Source of the DNA: a virus | Lineage: Duplodnaviria > Caudoviricetes | DNA length: 59,674 nt | IMG/VR virus record: IMGVR_UViG_3300025769_000116 | Span: 1-59,674 of that record | Reading direction: 5' to 3' (one strand) | In this document: in pieces, positions 1 through 8,652 of the stretch | How the letters are laid out: each line of letters begins with the position of its first letter | How positions within the stretch are numbered: the first letter of the stretch is position 1 | Notes under the pieces: generated by a model | Database searches by the model: none | What the model was told of the DNA's origin: nothing | What the model saw: the letters and a program-made list of their open reading frames with translations, nothing else | Made by a program: the position numbers and the translations under genes

Positions 1-1
1 C

Positions 2-550
2 TTACCAGCTGATTTCAATTCTACTGTCTCCTGATCCATTCCAATTTACAGTACAGCCACAATCTTCGATCAATTGTAACACATCTTTGAGGTTTTGTAC
101 ACCGTTTTCTGTTCCGTCAAAACAGAACACAGAACTACCGGCAACTTCTGGAGGCATACAAGCAAACCCTTCAACACTGGTATCAGGTTCAAACCCCAAC
201 TCATTCGTGTCAAACGAACCGTAGAGAATACCCTCACCACCGCAGTAATCACACTCAATGTACTCTTCAGTGTCTCCATCGTCGGCATCGTAATCGGGGT
301 TATCGATCATTCCATCACCGTCACATGATGAACAATCCTCACCATCGCTATCAATCTGGCAGTCTTGTGAGTGATTAAACAGCACTTTGCTGAGGTCAAC
401 TTCTTTGCCTTCAAACGGACCTTCTTCGTGTTTGTAAGGTACTTCACTCCAAGCACAGGATTGACAGCAAGGCATGTTCCACCCAACGAACCAACCTTCA
501 GCGATTAGTCGTTCTTGCATTTTTCTAAATCCATTCATTTCTTTACCCAT
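2..550 (-). CDS. Hypothetical protein with CCxxC motif (DUF6891-like) and inserted DnaJ-type zinc finger
   Basis: ORF 182 aa; CCQSC, CSSCDGDG...CDYCGGEG. Confidence 0.55.
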   Translation of the reverse strand: MGKEMNGFRKMQERLIAEGWFVGWNMPCCQSCAWSEVPYKHEEGPFEGKEVDLSKVLFNHSQDCQIDSDGEDCSSCDGDGMIDNPDYDADDGDTEEYIECDYCGGEGILYGSFDTNELGFEPDTSVEGFACMPPEVAGSSVFCFDGTENGVQNLKDVLQLIEDCGCTVNWNGSGDSRIEISW

Positions 551-885
551 TCATTAAGATCCCAGTTAAATTCATAGTTTTTCCAATCATGGCGACCATC
601 TACAATAGGAGGCAATGACTTAGGCATTGGTTTCAACATCGTTTCGAAAGTAGGCATTTTAGGACGATACTTAGAAATTACATCGTCTGCTTGCTCATAT
701 CCACGAGCGATCAACACATTTTTCACGAAGTTGATTTTGTCAGCAACTGCAAGACCAGCGTGATAGGCGCGAGAGTCGTCTGCCATTTGGAAGTACCAGT
801 CATGACCAGCACACAATTCTTTAAGATGATCAACGATTTCCATCGTTTGAGTTTCGTTAGTTATTTTCATTATGCATCCTTCCAT
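535..885 (-). CDS. Hypothetical early protein
   Basis: ORF 116 aa packed against both neighbours. Confidence 0.6.
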   Translation of the reverse strand: MEGCIMKITNETQTMEIVDHLKELCAGHDWYFQMADDSRAYHAGLAVADKINFVKNVLIARGYEQADDVISKYRPKMPTFETMLKPMPKSLPPIVDGRHDWKNYEFNWDLNEWVKK

Positions 886-1211
886 CGAAAATCGTCATGA
901 ATGTAGATATCAAGACGCTTGCTGTTGGTGTATTTGTTACCAACTATATCGCCATGAAAACTATAACCTCTGGTACGAAAGGTATTCGTCCAACGACTAA
1001 AATATGTTTCTTTTTCAATGGGCTCACGACCCTTTACAGTGACACGCTTAGTCTTACGGACCGTGCCACGATAGTCGCTTGGTTCCCATTGAATGCTTTT
1101 GTTATAGACTGAAACAGACTTACGGATTGCTTCAAGAATTTCCATGTCTACGCAAGAAAGAGGATCAAGAGAGCAGACGTAACTTTCAGTTCGATTAGTA
1201 CGATTTTCCAT
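870..1211 (-). CDS. Hypothetical early protein
   Basis: Start reassigned to MENRTN (ATG at 1211, TAATG overlap with upstream micro-ORF, GGAG upstream). Confidence 0.6.
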   Translation of the reverse strand: MENRTNRTESYVCSLDPLSCVDMEILEAIRKSVSVYNKSIQWEPSDYRGTVRKTKRVTVKGREPIEKETYFSRWTNTFRTRGYSFHGDIVGNKYTNSKRLDIYIHDDFRWKDA

Positions 1212-1378
1212 TATAAAGTACTCCAAGGTAAGATTGCAAAGGCGATGATACATACTGAAATTCCTAGAATTCCAATTGCCATGGAAATAGTATCCATGAA
1301 CATTTCGTTTAAATCAGTATCACTAACTACTTGTTTAGTGTAGACCGATCCAACTTCATGATTAAGCTTTTTTCTCAT
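1211..1378 (-). CDS. Small membrane protein, 55 aa (not in ORF track)
   Basis: MRKKLNHEVG...ISMAIGILGISVCIIAFAILPWSTL*; lies directly downstream of an early promoter. Confidence 0.55.
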   Translation of the reverse strand: MRKKLNHEVGSVYTKQVVSDTDLNEMFMDTISMAIGILGISVCIIAFAILPWSTL

Positions 1379-1412
1379 TTGTTTTCATACCGTTTTTATT
1401 TAATATAGAGCT

Positions 1413-1441
1413 ATTCTACCACACTCGTGGAAAAAGTACAC
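1413..1441 (-). promoter_or_regulatory. Early sigma70-type promoter (GTGTAC-N17-TAGAAT)
   Basis: Near-identical copy of the element at 1661-1689; no IHF-like pair upstream. Confidence 0.75.
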
Positions 1442-1457
1442 AGTTTTTTTCACTTTT

Positions 1458-1631
1458 TTATGACAAATCTCCAGATAGGCTAAGAGGAATGAAATCATCG
1501 TAAATTTCTTCTGAAGTCATGCCAACTTCTAAGCACATATGCACTGCTTCTGATATGCGCCCTTCCTCAACAGCTACGACTGCATCTATTAGATACTCTC
1601 CAACTTCACCTTTCATCCACCATTCTGACAT
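1458..1631 (-). CDS. Small hypothetical protein, 57 aa (not in ORF track)
   Basis: MSEWWMKGEVGEYLIDAVV...; AAGGA SD and its own promoter. Confidence 0.55.
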   Translation of the reverse strand: MSEWWMKGEVGEYLIDAVVAVEEGRISEAVHMCLEVGMTSEEIYDDFIPLSLSGDLS

Positions 1632-1660
1632 TTTCTCTTTCCTTTTTTTAATATAGAGCT

Positions 1661-1756
1661 ATTCTACCACACTCGTGGAAAAAGTACACCGTTTTTTCAT
1701 TTAATTTTTGCTTTAAAAACAACCACTTATAATAGTCGATTCACAAGTGGTTGTTT
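1661..1756 (-). promoter_or_regulatory. Early promoter plus upstream inverted IHF-like box pair
   Basis: -10 TAGAAT 1661-1666, -35 GTGTAC 1684-1689; AAACAACCACTTA 1717-1729 and inverted copy 1744-1756. Confidence 0.75.
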
Positions 1757-1770
1757 TTAAAAGGATTATT

Positions 1771-1944
1771 TTAAGCAGCCTTTTTAGCAGCATCTCGACG
1801 AGCAATAACACGTTGGCGACCAACATTATACTCTGAGTATTTGTGCCCCATTTTAGGAAACTTTAGGCTTGGCTTTTCTTTACCAGCAGGCAATATAGTG
1901 ATTTCATTTCCAGCAGCAAGCCATTCTTGAATTTCTTTACTCAT
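1771..1944 (-). CDS. Small protein resembling the SutA RNA-polymerase-binding domain, 57 aa (not in ORF track)
   Basis: MSKEIQEWLAAGNEITILPAGKEK..., matches the (F/W)LAxGGxIxxxPxG pattern; AAGGA SD. Confidence 0.5.
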   Translation of the reverse strand: MSKEIQEWLAAGNEITILPAGKEKPSLKFPKMGHKYSEYNVGRQRVIARRDAAKKAA

Positions 1945-1979
1945 TTTTTATTCCTTTTCAATTTAATTAATATGAGACT

Positions 1980-2077
1980 ATTCTACTATATTTTAGCAGA
2001 AAAGTACACCGTTTATGAAATAAAAAATGGTATAAAAAACAATAGCTTGCGTATAAAGGTTATATAAGTTATTGTTT
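1980..2077 (-). promoter_or_regulatory. Early promoter plus inverted IHF-like box pair
   Basis: -10 1980-1985, -35 GTGTAC 2004-2009; boxes 2037-2049 and 2065-2077. Confidence 0.7.
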
Positions 2078-2084
2078 TATAAAG

Positions 2085-2113
2085 AAAAAGAAAAGGGGCC
2101 CGAAGGCCCCTTT
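2085..2113 (-). terminator. Rho-independent terminator with C(UUCG)G loop
   Basis: Minus strand GGGGCC-TTCG-GGCCCC followed by a T-rich tract. Confidence 0.85.
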
Positions 2114-2129
2114 AGGTTTTGAGACTAGA

Positions 2130-2354
2130 TTACAATATCATCAAGATACCGATCAGAAAACCGATGTTCAGTCCTACAGAACAGACCAGGGCAAAATCTT
2201 TACGATAGCTCTCTGGTTTGTAATCAACAACTATCTCGTTGTGAGTAGAATATAACGGATAACTTCTAGAAGGAATCGTTATGATGGGGTCGACTAAGTT
2301 TTTATATGGATCGTTAGTCGACCCCCTTTTAGGGAAGTCGATAACGGTTGCCAC
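2130..2354 (-). CDS. Hypothetical protein with C-terminal TM helix
   Basis: ORF 74 aa; hydrophobic C-terminus. Confidence 0.55.
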   Translation of the reverse strand: MATVIDFPKRGSTNDPYKNLVDPIITIPSRSYPLYSTHNEIVVDYKPESYRKDFALVCSVGLNIGFLIGILMIL

Positions 2355-2355
2355 G

Positions 2356-2580
2356 TTAGTCCTCCTCGTCTTCTACTCTTACGATATACGCAACATTCGA
2401 TTTGTTCAATTGAACTGTTCGACCGTTGGGTTGAATAAAAGGAATGAATGTGTGTTCGAGATTCATAACCCAAGCTAATGCAGCGTCAGGTTCTAAAGCC
2501 GTCACATATTCATCTTTTACCAACTCACCGTACATCGTTGTACCATTGTTAAATGTTACTTTAACACGCATGAGTTGCAC
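2356..2580 (-). CDS. Hypothetical small beta-rich protein
   Basis: ORF 74 aa; AAGGAG SD. Confidence 0.55.
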   Translation of the reverse strand: MQLMRVKVTFNNGTTMYGELVKDEYVTALEPDAALAWVMNLEHTFIPFIQPNGRTVQLNKSNVAYIVRVEDEED

Positions 2581-2602
2581 TCCTTTTCTTTAAAAGGAAA
2601 AT

Positions 2603-3061
2603 CTAATCAGCGAGAGGATTGTCTAGTACACCTTGAATCCTAGAATTGAGACGGTCTTCGACTGCCTTAATTTTTAGTTCAGTATCGGTTTCTAAACTTT
2701 CCCTTTTATTATCGAACCGCTCATTTGCTTTATCGATCATATCTCTGACTTTATCTTCCATATCCCTGTTCTGGTCTTCGATCCGATCAACGTTTTTTTC
2801 CATTCGGTTAAAATCGTCTCTTAAATCGTTTTTGATGCTACGTGAATAGTCTATAGCCTCGTCTAGTTTGGTTTCAATGACGTTATTTCGAGCTGCTATA
2901 GCGTCTGTATCGATATTCTGGATTATCTCCTTCATATCCATATAGTCTTTATAGAACTCAAAAGCTCCCCACGTCGCACCACCTAGGGTGGATAGAGCGG
3001 TGAGTAATACCATCATTTTGCCACCTTTGAAGGTCATCCCTCCAAATTCGACTTCTGCCAT
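2603..3061 (-). CDS. Membrane-anchored coiled-coil protein (exported module)
   Basis: N-terminal TM segment (MMVLLTALSTLGGATWGAF) then heptad-rich helix. Confidence 0.65.
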   Translation of the reverse strand: MAEVEFGGMTFKGGKMMVLLTALSTLGGATWGAFEFYKDYMDMKEIIQNIDTDAIAARNNVIETKLDEAIDYSRSIKNDLRDDFNRMEKNVDRIEDQNRDMEDKVRDMIDKANERFDNKRESLETDTELKIKAVEDRLNSRIQGVLDNPLAD

Positions 3062-3064
3062 GTC

Positions 3065-3514
3065 TTACTCCTCGTTATCATCTGCGAATTGAAGTTGCCT
3101 TAAATTCGCGACCTCTTGTTGTAATTTTTGTATCTCTAGTCTTCTTCTCTCTAATTCTAGTTTGTAAAGTTCATTACAGTTAAGCCTTTCCTTTGGCTTA
3201 TCAAGCGGAATGGTGATCTTAGCATATACGCCAACATCTTTTACCATACCACTTTGATCCCAGCCATCGGGATTAATGTAGGTATTACTACCAAACACAT
3301 TATCATAAGGCCCGTTTTGGTTTAAAATACCGACCACACCAAATTCAAGAGCTGTAGCTCCTCCAATGGCATTTTGGCATTCCAAAGTTCCTGCTCTGAC
3401 TCTGTCTGATGCATAAGAACCTGGTGATGAAGGTAAAGCTAAGTTCAAAGAACTTGACTGACCAAACACCAAATCAGGTAACATCATTAACAATAAAATA
3501 ACGAATATACGCAT
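3065..3514 (-). CDS. Exported protein with Cys pair and C-terminal coiled coil
   Basis: Signal peptide MRIFVILLLMML; LECQNAIG...LNCNELY; terminal heptads. Confidence 0.65.
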   Translation of the reverse strand: MRIFVILLLMMLPDLVFGQSSSLNLALPSSPGSYASDRVRAGTLECQNAIGGATALEFGVVGILNQNGPYDNVFGSNTYINPDGWDQSGMVKDVGVYAKITIPLDKPKERLNCNELYKLELERRRLEIQKLQQEVANLRQLQFADDNEE

Positions 3515-3520
3515 AATAAT

Positions 3521-3898
3521 CTACTTTACTTTAGAACAGATCCTCGATTTCAGTAATGTCTTCGTCTTTCCATCTTGAAGTGTTTTCGACATAGTGCAAA
3601 TATATCGTACTTTTTTTCTAGACTTAGATTGAATATAGACATCAAAATTTTTTGTTTCAAGATACTCAACGTTGATTATCTTTCCGCCCATAACGACAAA
3701 TGGAACTTTATTCCAATCATCATCATACACGCCAACTTGATAGTAACGAATATCATTACGCTTATTAAACAATCTCATACTCACCTTCAACACACCCTCC
3801 ATATAGGATTGCTCCAATTTTGGATATGTTGGGGTAAATTCGTGGGCGGTTGCCCGCCCACTATAAAGAATGATCAACAATAGCATAACGTATTTCAT
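3521..3898 (-). CDS. Exported PapD-like (fimbrial chaperone-like) Ig-fold protein
   Basis: Signal peptide ending ATA/HEFTPTY; alternating beta-strand pattern; two Cys; start reassigned to MKYVML. Confidence 0.5.
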   Translation of the reverse strand: MKYVMLLLIILYSGRATAHEFTPTYPKLEQSYMEGVLKVSMRLFNKRNDIRYYQVGVYDDDWNKVPFVVMGGKIINVEYLETKNFDVYIQSKSRKKVRYICTMSKTLQDGKTKTLLKSRICSKVK

Positions 3899-3915
3899 GT
3901 GGTTTATTTCTCCAT

Positions 3916-4425
3916 TTAGATTGCAATGCACTCAGCAGTAACGACTGCTTGATATTGTCCGCCTGGAAACGCTTTGTCATAGCCATAGTCTGCAGTTGAT
4001 TCTACCTTGAACCAGGTTGAACCAGCAACTGATAAGTCTATTTCAGTAACGTTATCATATTCCACTTTGTTCGTATCATAAGCTGACATACTGGCGTCAG
4101 AGACTTGGTCGACAGACGTGCTGCCAGTGAAATCTACAACGTCATTCAACACAGGGCTTTCGGAAAAGGAAGTAGGATGAGTAATTTTAGCCATATAATA
4201 ATCAGCCTGAATTACATCATACCTTACAACAGGATGCACACCACCTGAAGCCGAAGCCGTAGTCAACGACTCTGGTGATGGGTTTCCGTAAACTCCAGCC
4301 GTGTCTTGCGTCACAATGCATTTGGATTCAACACTACCAGTGATAGGAATATCCTCCGCATACGAACTCAAAGACCAAAAGGACAATAATATACATGATA
4401 TAGTTGTTTTATTAAGCATATTCAT
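3916..4425 (-). CDS. Exported pilin/fimbrial-subunit-like protein
   Basis: Signal peptide; ITGSVESKC at N-terminus; GGQYQAVVTAEC at C-terminus (G-x-Y strand as in chaperone-usher pilins). Confidence 0.5.
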   Translation of the reverse strand: MNMLNKTTISCILLSFWSLSSYAEDIPITGSVESKCIVTQDTAGVYGNPSPESLTTASASGGVHPVVRYDVIQADYYMAKITHPTSFSESPVLNDVVDFTGSTSVDQVSDASMSAYDTNKVEYDNVTEIDLSVAGSTWFKVESTADYGYDKAFPGGQYQAVVTAECIAI

Positions 4426-4446
4426 GCTCTCCCTTTTGTGGTTTGT

Positions 4447-5346
4447 TTACTTTCTTTCATACTGTAATTTGACAAGTTCTTGATGCAACAACTGCTGCGC
4501 CATCCCTTGTCTCAAACCTCTTTTGTTTGTAGGTAAATCCCCACCATTAAGCACAACGCTATCAGGATAAGAACCACCAACAAGAGAGCTATAATAAGCA
4601 TTAGGAATTTGATTTAAATTTGCAAGAATTTGGTGCTGTATAATAGCCATATTTTTCAATTCACTTGTATTAATCGTGCCTAATAAATCTTCTAATGCTT
4701 CTAAAGTTTTTTCCACTTTTTCCTTTTTTTCCAATGCCTCTTTTCTTTCACGTTCTTCATCATCTTCTTCTTGGGCATCTAACATTGCCTTTCGATCAAG
4801 TTCATCCTGTATTAAATCATCGTCAAGCGGATCTACGATTTCCACCTCAGTCAATTCAATAACGAAAGGATCTTGATATCCTGGGCATTGTGGGTTAGAT
4901 TGGGGATCGAAGCAAGGGTCATACTTATAGGTATAGAACACTCCCGCGTCATTTACCTTTCCTGTACCCTCTACTTCAATCGATCCAGGCCCCCAGTATG
5001 ATATGTCAATGGCATCTACCGGAACAGCTTTTTTAATGCTGTTGCCAGGTATTCCAGACCAATCATCTGACGACCTAAAAATGTAGCCGGGCCCTCGTGC
5101 GTTTTCGTTCTGCACGTGAACAATCATATCATCTTCTGTTTCTTTAACAGTCGAATACTGATATATTACTTGACTTACTGTCAATCCAGCTTGTTGTGGT
5201 AATACGTTTCGCATGACCCAGTTCAAACCGAACTGAGCAGCGTTGTTTGTCGTCCCGTAAACAGGCGCAGTGTCAAACTCGCTAGAGTAACAAAAGCATG
5301 AGTAAACTAGCAACCCCAGCGCTACCAAGTAATGTCTTAGTACCAT
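4447..5346 (-). CDS. Exported protein: beta domain, Cys-Pro linker, acidic coiled coil
   Basis: Signal-like N-terminus; DPCFDPQSNPQCPGY; E/K-rich helix. Confidence 0.65.
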   Translation of the reverse strand: MVLRHYLVALGLLVYSCFCYSSEFDTAPVYGTTNNAAQFGLNWVMRNVLPQQAGLTVSQVIYQYSTVKETEDDMIVHVQNENARGPGYIFRSSDDWSGIPGNSIKKAVPVDAIDISYWGPGSIEVEGTGKVNDAGVFYTYKYDPCFDPQSNPQCPGYQDPFVIELTEVEIVDPLDDDLIQDELDRKAMLDAQEEDDEERERKEALEKKEKVEKTLEALEDLLGTINTSELKNMAIIQHQILANLNQIPNAYYSSLVGGSYPDSVVLNGGDLPTNKRGLRQGMAQQLLHQELVKLQYERK

Positions 5347-5839
5347 CTTTCATCCCTTTTTCTTGTTTAGCAGAAGGCAATTGATCTTCATTCAAAGCCC
5401 ATTGAGCTTTGGCATCTTCACCGATCAAACCATCATAGGGACAAGGAGTTCCAGCCATCATCATGGCATCAAAAACTCTAGTATCTTGGCATAGAGTTGA
5501 TACAGCTGCAACCTTCATCCCCATATCATATAAGGTTTTAGAAAGCTTTAACCGTTCACAGTTTTCGTCAGTTACTTGAGTACCTGTAGAAATACCCAGT
5601 ATCTGTGTTTGAATTGCACCTGCTACACCAAAGGTACATAAGTCTGAATTAGACGTATTGATTGTCGGTGTAATTGCCGATGCGGGTGGAGACTTCAACG
5701 TAGTCGTAGAAGTCGTTGTTGAATTCACATTGCTATCAGTGACAGATTCTGTTTTAATGATATCCTCATCTATAGATGATTCTTCAGCATATAGAGCACT
5801 TGCACTTATAGCCATAACAAAGAATAATAAGTATCGCAT
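5282..5839 (-). CDS. Exported Cys-containing protein with C-terminal membrane anchor
   Basis: Signal peptide, Ser/Thr linker, 4 Cys, C-terminal LLGSAGVASLLMLLLL. Confidence 0.65.
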   Translation of the reverse strand: MRYLLFFVMAISASALYAEESSIDEDIIKTESVTDSNVNSTTTSTTTLKSPPASAITPTINTSNSDLCTFGVAGAIQTQILGISTGTQVTDENCERLKLSKTLYDMGMKVAAVSTLCQDTRVFDAMMMAGTPCPYDGLIGEDAKAQWALNEDQLPSAKQEKGMKDGTKTLLGSAGVASLLMLLLL

Positions 5840-5876
5840 ACCTTCATTCCTGTTAATAATGTTATTGTAGCAATGT

Positions 5877-5884
5877 TATTTATA
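5877..5884 (-). promoter_or_regulatory. T4-type late promoter TATAAATA
   Basis: Exact match 38 nt upstream of the ATG at 5839. Confidence 0.7.
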
Positions 5885-5889
5885 ATATT

Positions 5890-7287
5890 TTACGGTTGTT
5901 CTAACCAGGTAATAGATGCAAAACCAGTTTTACCGCCAACCTTACTTGCTGCGCAAATTGTATATACATCTGAAGTCAAATCTGCAAAATCTGGTGAACC
6001 TGGGTTAGTGAATACACGACCCAATTGCAATTGAGCGCTGATTGGCATATTAATTGGAGCCGCGCCGCCAGCAAAATAGCCCGAATAGATGATATCATCT
6101 CGGCCAAAATCGATTGATGTTGCCGCGTCATCTAATTCGGCACCGACCCAATCCGCATCTAAAATACCAAATGTAGCACCAGTCAATGTCCCATTACGAA
6201 CAACGACAAAATACACACCTGAGTCATCTTCGGTGAAAACTTGAAACGCCTGAGGAGCAACATAAGAATCAAGAGCTGCAGCCTTCAATCGAATACTCAG
6301 TAGAGGATAGAAGGTGTTTGCCACTGCAAGATTACCAGAACCCACGGTCATTGTGGGTGGATTTGTCGACGTATTAATTGCTGATAATGAGTTATTTAAT
6401 ACACCGAGCTCTTCAACACCACCTTCAGCAACAACTGATGTTGAGGATTGAAATAAGTAATGATCAATATTATCAGTGTATTCAGGTAGAGCTTCTAATT
6501 CAAACCGAACTGGCAAATTAGGAGTCTTGGTCCAAGTGCCTTGAGTATTATTCGCGTTATAGACCGTATGAATTATATGTAATTCATTATCAATAGCAAA
6601 CCCAAAACGAGTCATACCCGTGCCATACCATTCGTATTCAATACAAAGCAATTGCTGTTTAGCAAAATCGAATGTTATACCGCTACGGCCTGTACCATCT
6701 AATTTATCACCGTTCCAGTTTTCACGACTAATCCGAATAGTTTCAACTCCATTCTTACGAATACAGCAAAAATAGTTATCACCACTGTCTTCAAAGTACA
6801 TTCCGTTTTGGTCGTCGAATGTACCGATGCGTCTGCGGATACCAACTGTTCTTGGTTCGAATCTAATTGCCATTGAGGCAAACTGTTCTTTACCTGGAAT
6901 GTAAGGAATGACACGTCGAGATTGTCGGACAACCTTATCACCAATTGAAGTGACTCGCATGATCACAGATTTTTCTACGATAATATCACTACCTGGGTTT
7001 GTTGGATCAAACGATTCTGGCACTGCTGCATTATTATTGATATAAGCTTCACCACCGCCAGTTCTTGTAGTTTGGAATGTGTCGTTATCAGCAAACGCGC
7101 TGAAAGAATTCCAGAATATTGTTTGAACACCAGATGTTTTTAAACGATTCTTTGAAGTAAAGTCTGGTCTCCAATCTGTGATTGCTCCAAACCTGTCAGC
7201 GATTACAACACCTTGAAAGTCTTCACGACCTGGCCATGTTGTATCTTTGCCTAAAAAATTCTGGGTATCTCTATTCCATTGAGCCAT
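5890..7287 (-). CDS. Putative virion structural protein (beta-sandwich), paralog of 48141-49532
   Basis: 465 aa; MAQWN start; shares blocks PGKEQF, YFED and EYEWYGTG with its paralog; late promoter upstream. Confidence 0.65.
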   Translation of the reverse strand: MAQWNRDTQNFLGKDTTWPGREDFQGVVIADRFGAITDWRPDFTSKNRLKTSGVQTIFWNSFSAFADNDTFQTTRTGGGEAYINNNAAVPESFDPTNPGSDIIVEKSVIMRVTSIGDKVVRQSRRVIPYIPGKEQFASMAIRFEPRTVGIRRRIGTFDDQNGMYFEDSGDNYFCCIRKNGVETIRISRENWNGDKLDGTGRSGITFDFAKQQLLCIEYEWYGTGMTRFGFAIDNELHIIHTVYNANNTQGTWTKTPNLPVRFELEALPEYTDNIDHYLFQSSTSVVAEGGVEELGVLNNSLSAINTSTNPPTMTVGSGNLAVANTFYPLLSIRLKAAALDSYVAPQAFQVFTEDDSGVYFVVVRNGTLTGATFGILDADWVGAELDDAATSIDFGRDDIIYSGYFAGGAAPINMPISAQLQLGRVFTNPGSPDFADLTSDVYTICAASKVGGKTGFASITWLEQP

Positions 7288-7323
7288 GCTTACTCTCTAA
7301 ATCAAAAGTGGTGGATGTCTGTA

Positions 7324-7331
7324 TATTTATA
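7324..7331 (-). promoter_or_regulatory. T4-type late promoter TATAAATA
   Basis: Exact match upstream of 7287. Confidence 0.65.
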
Positions 7332-7707
7332 AATGTTTTTTTCTATAGTCTTCTATCGCAGCTTTGATCGCATCTTCTGCAAGGACACTACAGTGGATTT
7401 TGACGGGTGGGAGGGCGAGTTCGTCTGCGATCTCGGAGTTGGTAATACTCCCAGCTTCATCAAGACTGCGACCTTTAACCCATTCGGTAAGAAGGGAGGA
7501 AGATGCGATAGCACTTCCGCATCCGTAGGTTTTAAACCTAGCATCTTCGATAATTCCATCATCATTTACCTTTATTTGCAATTGCATAACATCACCACAA
7601 GCTGGAGCACCAACCATGCCAGTCCCCACATCACTTGCTTCTTTATCCAGCTTACCTACATTGCGTGGATTGCTGTAATGATCCATGACTTGATCAGAAT
7701 ATGACAT
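7327..7707 (-). CDS. iscU: Fe-S cluster scaffold IscU
   Basis: DHYxNPRNVG, GAPACGD, YGCGSAIAS, LPPVKIHCS. Confidence 0.97.
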   Translation of the reverse strand: MSYSDQVMDHYSNPRNVGKLDKEASDVGTGMVGAPACGDVMQLQIKVNDDGIIEDARFKTYGCGSAIASSSLLTEWVKGRSLDEAGSITNSEIADELALPPVKIHCSVLAEDAIKAAIEDYRKKHL

Positions 7708-7892
7708 TATTCCTCTTTAATCTTAATGAATTTTCTTCTAGATTTAGAAAAGTTTCTTAACGGCCTATTGAAGACTTTCTTTTCACCTCCAAGAGGCTGA
7801 TAAGCAACCAAGTTAGTACCATTCTCTACCCAATATATTCCATTAGAAATCTTCTCGTCACCCCAGTCAGTCACTTCTTGCAATACTTCCAT
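7707..7892 (-). CDS. Hypothetical protein
   Basis: ORF 61 aa, TAATG-coupled to iscU. Confidence 0.6.
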   Translation of the reverse strand: MEVLQEVTDWGDEKISNGIYWVENGTNLVAYQPLGGEKKVFNRPLRNFSKSRRKFIKIKEE

Positions 7893-7893
7893 A

Positions 7894-8091
7894 TTATTTC
7901 TCGTATTTAACTATAGTAAAAGCTTGAACAAAATCATTGCCTTCAGCTATCTTTACTTCTTCAAACTCTATTCTTTCGCCCTTTTTTAATTCTAAATCTC
8001 GAATTACTTGAAATGGAAGACGAATCATATCGCCCTTTTCGAGTTCGGCATAATATTTGTCTTTAACAAATATCATTTTTTCTTTAGACAT
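7894..8091 (-). CDS. AbrB/MazE-like DNA-binding protein
   Basis: GDMIRLPFQVIRDLELKKGERIEF matches the swapped-hairpin pattern. Confidence 0.55.
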   Translation of the reverse strand: MSKEKMIFVKDKYYAELEKGDMIRLPFQVIRDLELKKGERIEFEEVKIAEGNDFVQAFTIVKYEK

Positions 8092-8378
8092 TAATGTTCT
8101 CCGCTTTCGTCTACGTCATTACCACCGGTAAGATACACAGACTTTTTAAACTTATCGAAGTCTTCATAAATTAAAGTTGGTAAAGTTGCGCCATGAAGAA
8201 TTCTAATCAACGTTGTTTTCAGTTCTTCTAAGCTCGAACCAAGAAAAGGAGATGGATCTCGTGTGATTGCAATTTCTTCCATTTGTTCATTATAATGAAC
8301 TTCATGAACCGCAAAAACATCTCGTTCACCATCACTACTTTTTCTTTTAACAATTCTATGATTCCATTGTGCACTCAT
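8091..8378 (-). CDS. Conserved phage hypothetical (WNHR...HEVHY family)
   Basis: Paralog of 19142-19378. Confidence 0.6.
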   Translation of the reverse strand: MSAQWNHRIVKRKSSDGERDVFAVHEVHYNEQMEEIAITRDPSPFLGSSLEELKTTLIRILHGATLPTLIYEDFDKFKKSVYLTGGNDVDESGEH

Positions 8379-8415
8379 TCAATCACTCCTCAAATAAAAA
8401 AAACTAAACAAAAGA

Positions 8416-8652
8416 CTATTTATCAAGCAAATAGTCTTTTTCGGTTTCAAGAATAACATAATCCCCAAAATAGTGATCAAACGTTTTAACTAAATGATCA
8501 TATTCGCCAGCTTGCATTTCAAGTGCAATCATATCTCCATTCATACAAAGCTGTCTAGCTAACTTTCTAGCATACCCTAGGAGTATAAAGGCGTTACCTT
8601 CTGGACCATCTAGATTGATAGTCATGTCTCTAGATCTACGAGTTCTAATCAT
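8416..8652 (-). CDS. Conserved phage hypothetical
   Basis: INLDGPEGNAFILLG motif. Confidence 0.6.
   Translation of the reverse strand: MIRTRRSRDMTINLDGPEGNAFILLGYARKLARQLCMNGDMIALEMQAGEYDHLVKTFDHYFGDYVILETEKDYLLDK

Noticed and set aside
1712-1761. Inverted repeats upstream of promoters as simple terminators or MITE ends
   Set aside because: Arms are AT-rich and in three of five copies the central bases do not pair; fixed spacing to the -35 fits protein-binding sites better
1395-2010. Repeated ~45-nt elements as a CRISPR array
   Set aside because: Intervening sequences are 200-300 nt ORFs and the repeats contain -35/-10 promoter boxes; no cas genes
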